Assembly (NCBI GenBank): GCA_014687725.1
Contig: GCA_014687725.1_4094.1
Source: a phage
Direction: 5' to 3' (one strand)
Length of the DNA: 64,000 nt
A program made the position numbers and the translations under genes. The notes under the pieces are model-generated. The model did not search any database. It was not told the DNA's origin and was given only the letters and a program-made list of their open reading frames with translations. This document shows positions 62,906-64,000 of the stretch, in pieces (position 1 is the first letter of the stretch; every line of letters starts with the position of its first letter).

Positions 62906-64000
62906 CCCTTTTGCAAATATATGAAGATTTAATGCACTTATGTAATACAAACGATGCATTCTTTTATGTGGATCATAAAAGCCCTGCTGGTGGCACGTAT
63001 CGTGTATTCAGTTATCGTCTAGCATCATACACTGATTTCATGCAACCAAATGCGTTGGAAACCCGTGGCTCTATGTGGGAAATTGATGAAGAAGGTGAAA
63101 TGATACGTTGTGCAGCACGTACAATGAAAAAGTTCTTCAATGCTTACGAGAATCCTGCTACAATGTTCCCTGCTAACACCACATTCGATGACATTGCGGT
63201 AGTGATGCCTAAGTTGGATGGTTCGATTATCAGTACTTACCGTGATAATGATGGTGAGATTCGTTGTAAATCACATACTGCATTGTATTCTGACCATGCG
63301 ATTAACAGTACTCGACTTATTAACGAGAACCAGAATTTGTATCAGTACATCGACGAAGCGGAACGTTTAGGTTACACAGTTAATATGGAGTATACAAGCC
63401 CAGAGTACCGAATTGTATTACCATATCAGGTAGAACAACTGTTTGTACTGAACGTTCGTCATCGTGTGAGTGGTGAGTTGCTATGTGGTAAAGCACTACG
63501 TGATAAGTTTCCATGTCTTGCACAGTACAGTACTAATATGACTGGAAAAGATATTCATCACACTTTTCCGGTACGAAATACCTTCCGTGAAAGCGTGGAG
63601 GAAGTTCATAAAATGCTTGATATTGAGGGTTTTGTGTGCATCCTAAATAATGGGACAATGTGTAAAATAAAGACTGACTGGTACAGTTCATTACATCTTA
63701 CAAAAGATAGTATTATTATTGATTCTCATTTATATGAAGCAGTATTAAATGGTTCAAGTGATGATTTAAAACAATTGTTCAGTACTGATGAATATGCTAT
63801 GCAAAAGATATTAAGAATGGAACAATTGGTATTTTCGTGCTATAATGCATTACAAGATGAAGTAGAAAGCTTCGTCAAGGAACACAAGCACTTGGAGCGA
63901 AAGGAATTCGCAATGAAGGTTCAGGAGTGTTTAACTAATGAACTGAATCGTCAGGGCTTGGCCTTTGCAATGTATAACAATAAGAAAGTTGATTACAAAG
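62902..64000 (+). CDS. rnlA: RNA ligase 1 (T4 gp63/Rnl1-like), 3'-truncated by window end
   Basis: ATGA overlap start; blocks TYRVFSYRLASYTDF, ALETRGSMWEID, nucleotidyl-lysine motif KLDGS, IEGFVCILNNG..KIKTDWYSSLH parallel T4 Rnl1; not in track (no stop in window). Confidence 0.9.
   Translation, partial: MTLLQIYEDLMHLCNTNDAFFYVDHKSPAGGTYRVFSYRLASYTDFMQPNALETRGSMWEIDEEGEMIRCAARTMKKFFNAYENPATMFPANTTFDDIAVVMPKLDGSIISTYRDNDGEIRCKSHTALYSDHAINSTRLINENQNLYQYIDEAERLGYTVNMEYTSPEYRIVLPYQVEQLFVLNVRHRVSGELLCGKALRDKFPCLAQYSTNMTGKDIHHTFPVRNTFRESVEEVHKMLDIEGFVCILNNGTMCKIKTDWYSSLHLTKDSIIIDSHLYEAVLNGSSDDLKQLFSTDEYAMQKILRMEQLVFSCYNALQDEVESFVKEHKHLERKEFAMKVQECLTNELNRQGLAFAMYNNKKVDYK

Noticed and set aside
1-64000. 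tRNA genes, integrase/transposase, or prophage att sites
   Set aside because: No cloverleaf-compatible segment with a T-loop-like GTTCRANYC motif was found by eye, and no ORF shows recombinase/transposase motifs; a formal tRNAscan/Infernal run is still advisable for the non-coding islands

Overview
AT-rich segment coded almost entirely on the plus strand, best explained as part of a T4-type myovirus genome (the window ends in a clear RNA ligase 1 / T4 gp63-like gene). It has three parts. (1) 1-15.4 kb: about 45 small early-type genes, each served by one of a few stereotyped cassettes: 18 'class I' promoter + 5'UTR GGGG..CCCC hairpin + SD units (PeSL-like), about 8 palindromic 'class II' promoters, and 4 copies of an ~85-bp terminator-promoter cassette (R1). 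E. coli-type Chi octamers (GCTGGTGG) are over-represented and strand-biased here. Recognisable products are a DksA/TraR zinc-finger protein, a GNAT-like protein and a eukaryote-like protein kinase. (2) 15.6-53.8 kb: the standout feature, a ~38-kb head-to-tail array of roughly 100 tightly packed paralogous small genes with few internal promoters. Family A (~70 aa, 'LGTNYQ' motif) has about 33 copies; family B (100-200 aa, 'EE[YLF]FQxS[LT]Vx[DH]' motif) has about 50 clear or divergent copies. Truncated copies and duplicated junctions point to ongoing unequal recombination. I cannot assign a function; this is the candidate undescribed system. (3) 53.9-64 kb: a ~600-bp ORF-free, GC-richer region, a phage Dam-type N6-adenine methyltransferase, an HxGH nucleotidyltransferase, a third mini-family (C), and the 5' part of the RNA ligase gene. 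No tRNA, CRISPR array, integrase or transposase was found by eye. Coordinates come from the supplied ORF track, with starts refined where an in-frame ATG/TTG with a Shine-Dalgarno lies downstream of a leader; homology calls are from motif recognition, not database searches.
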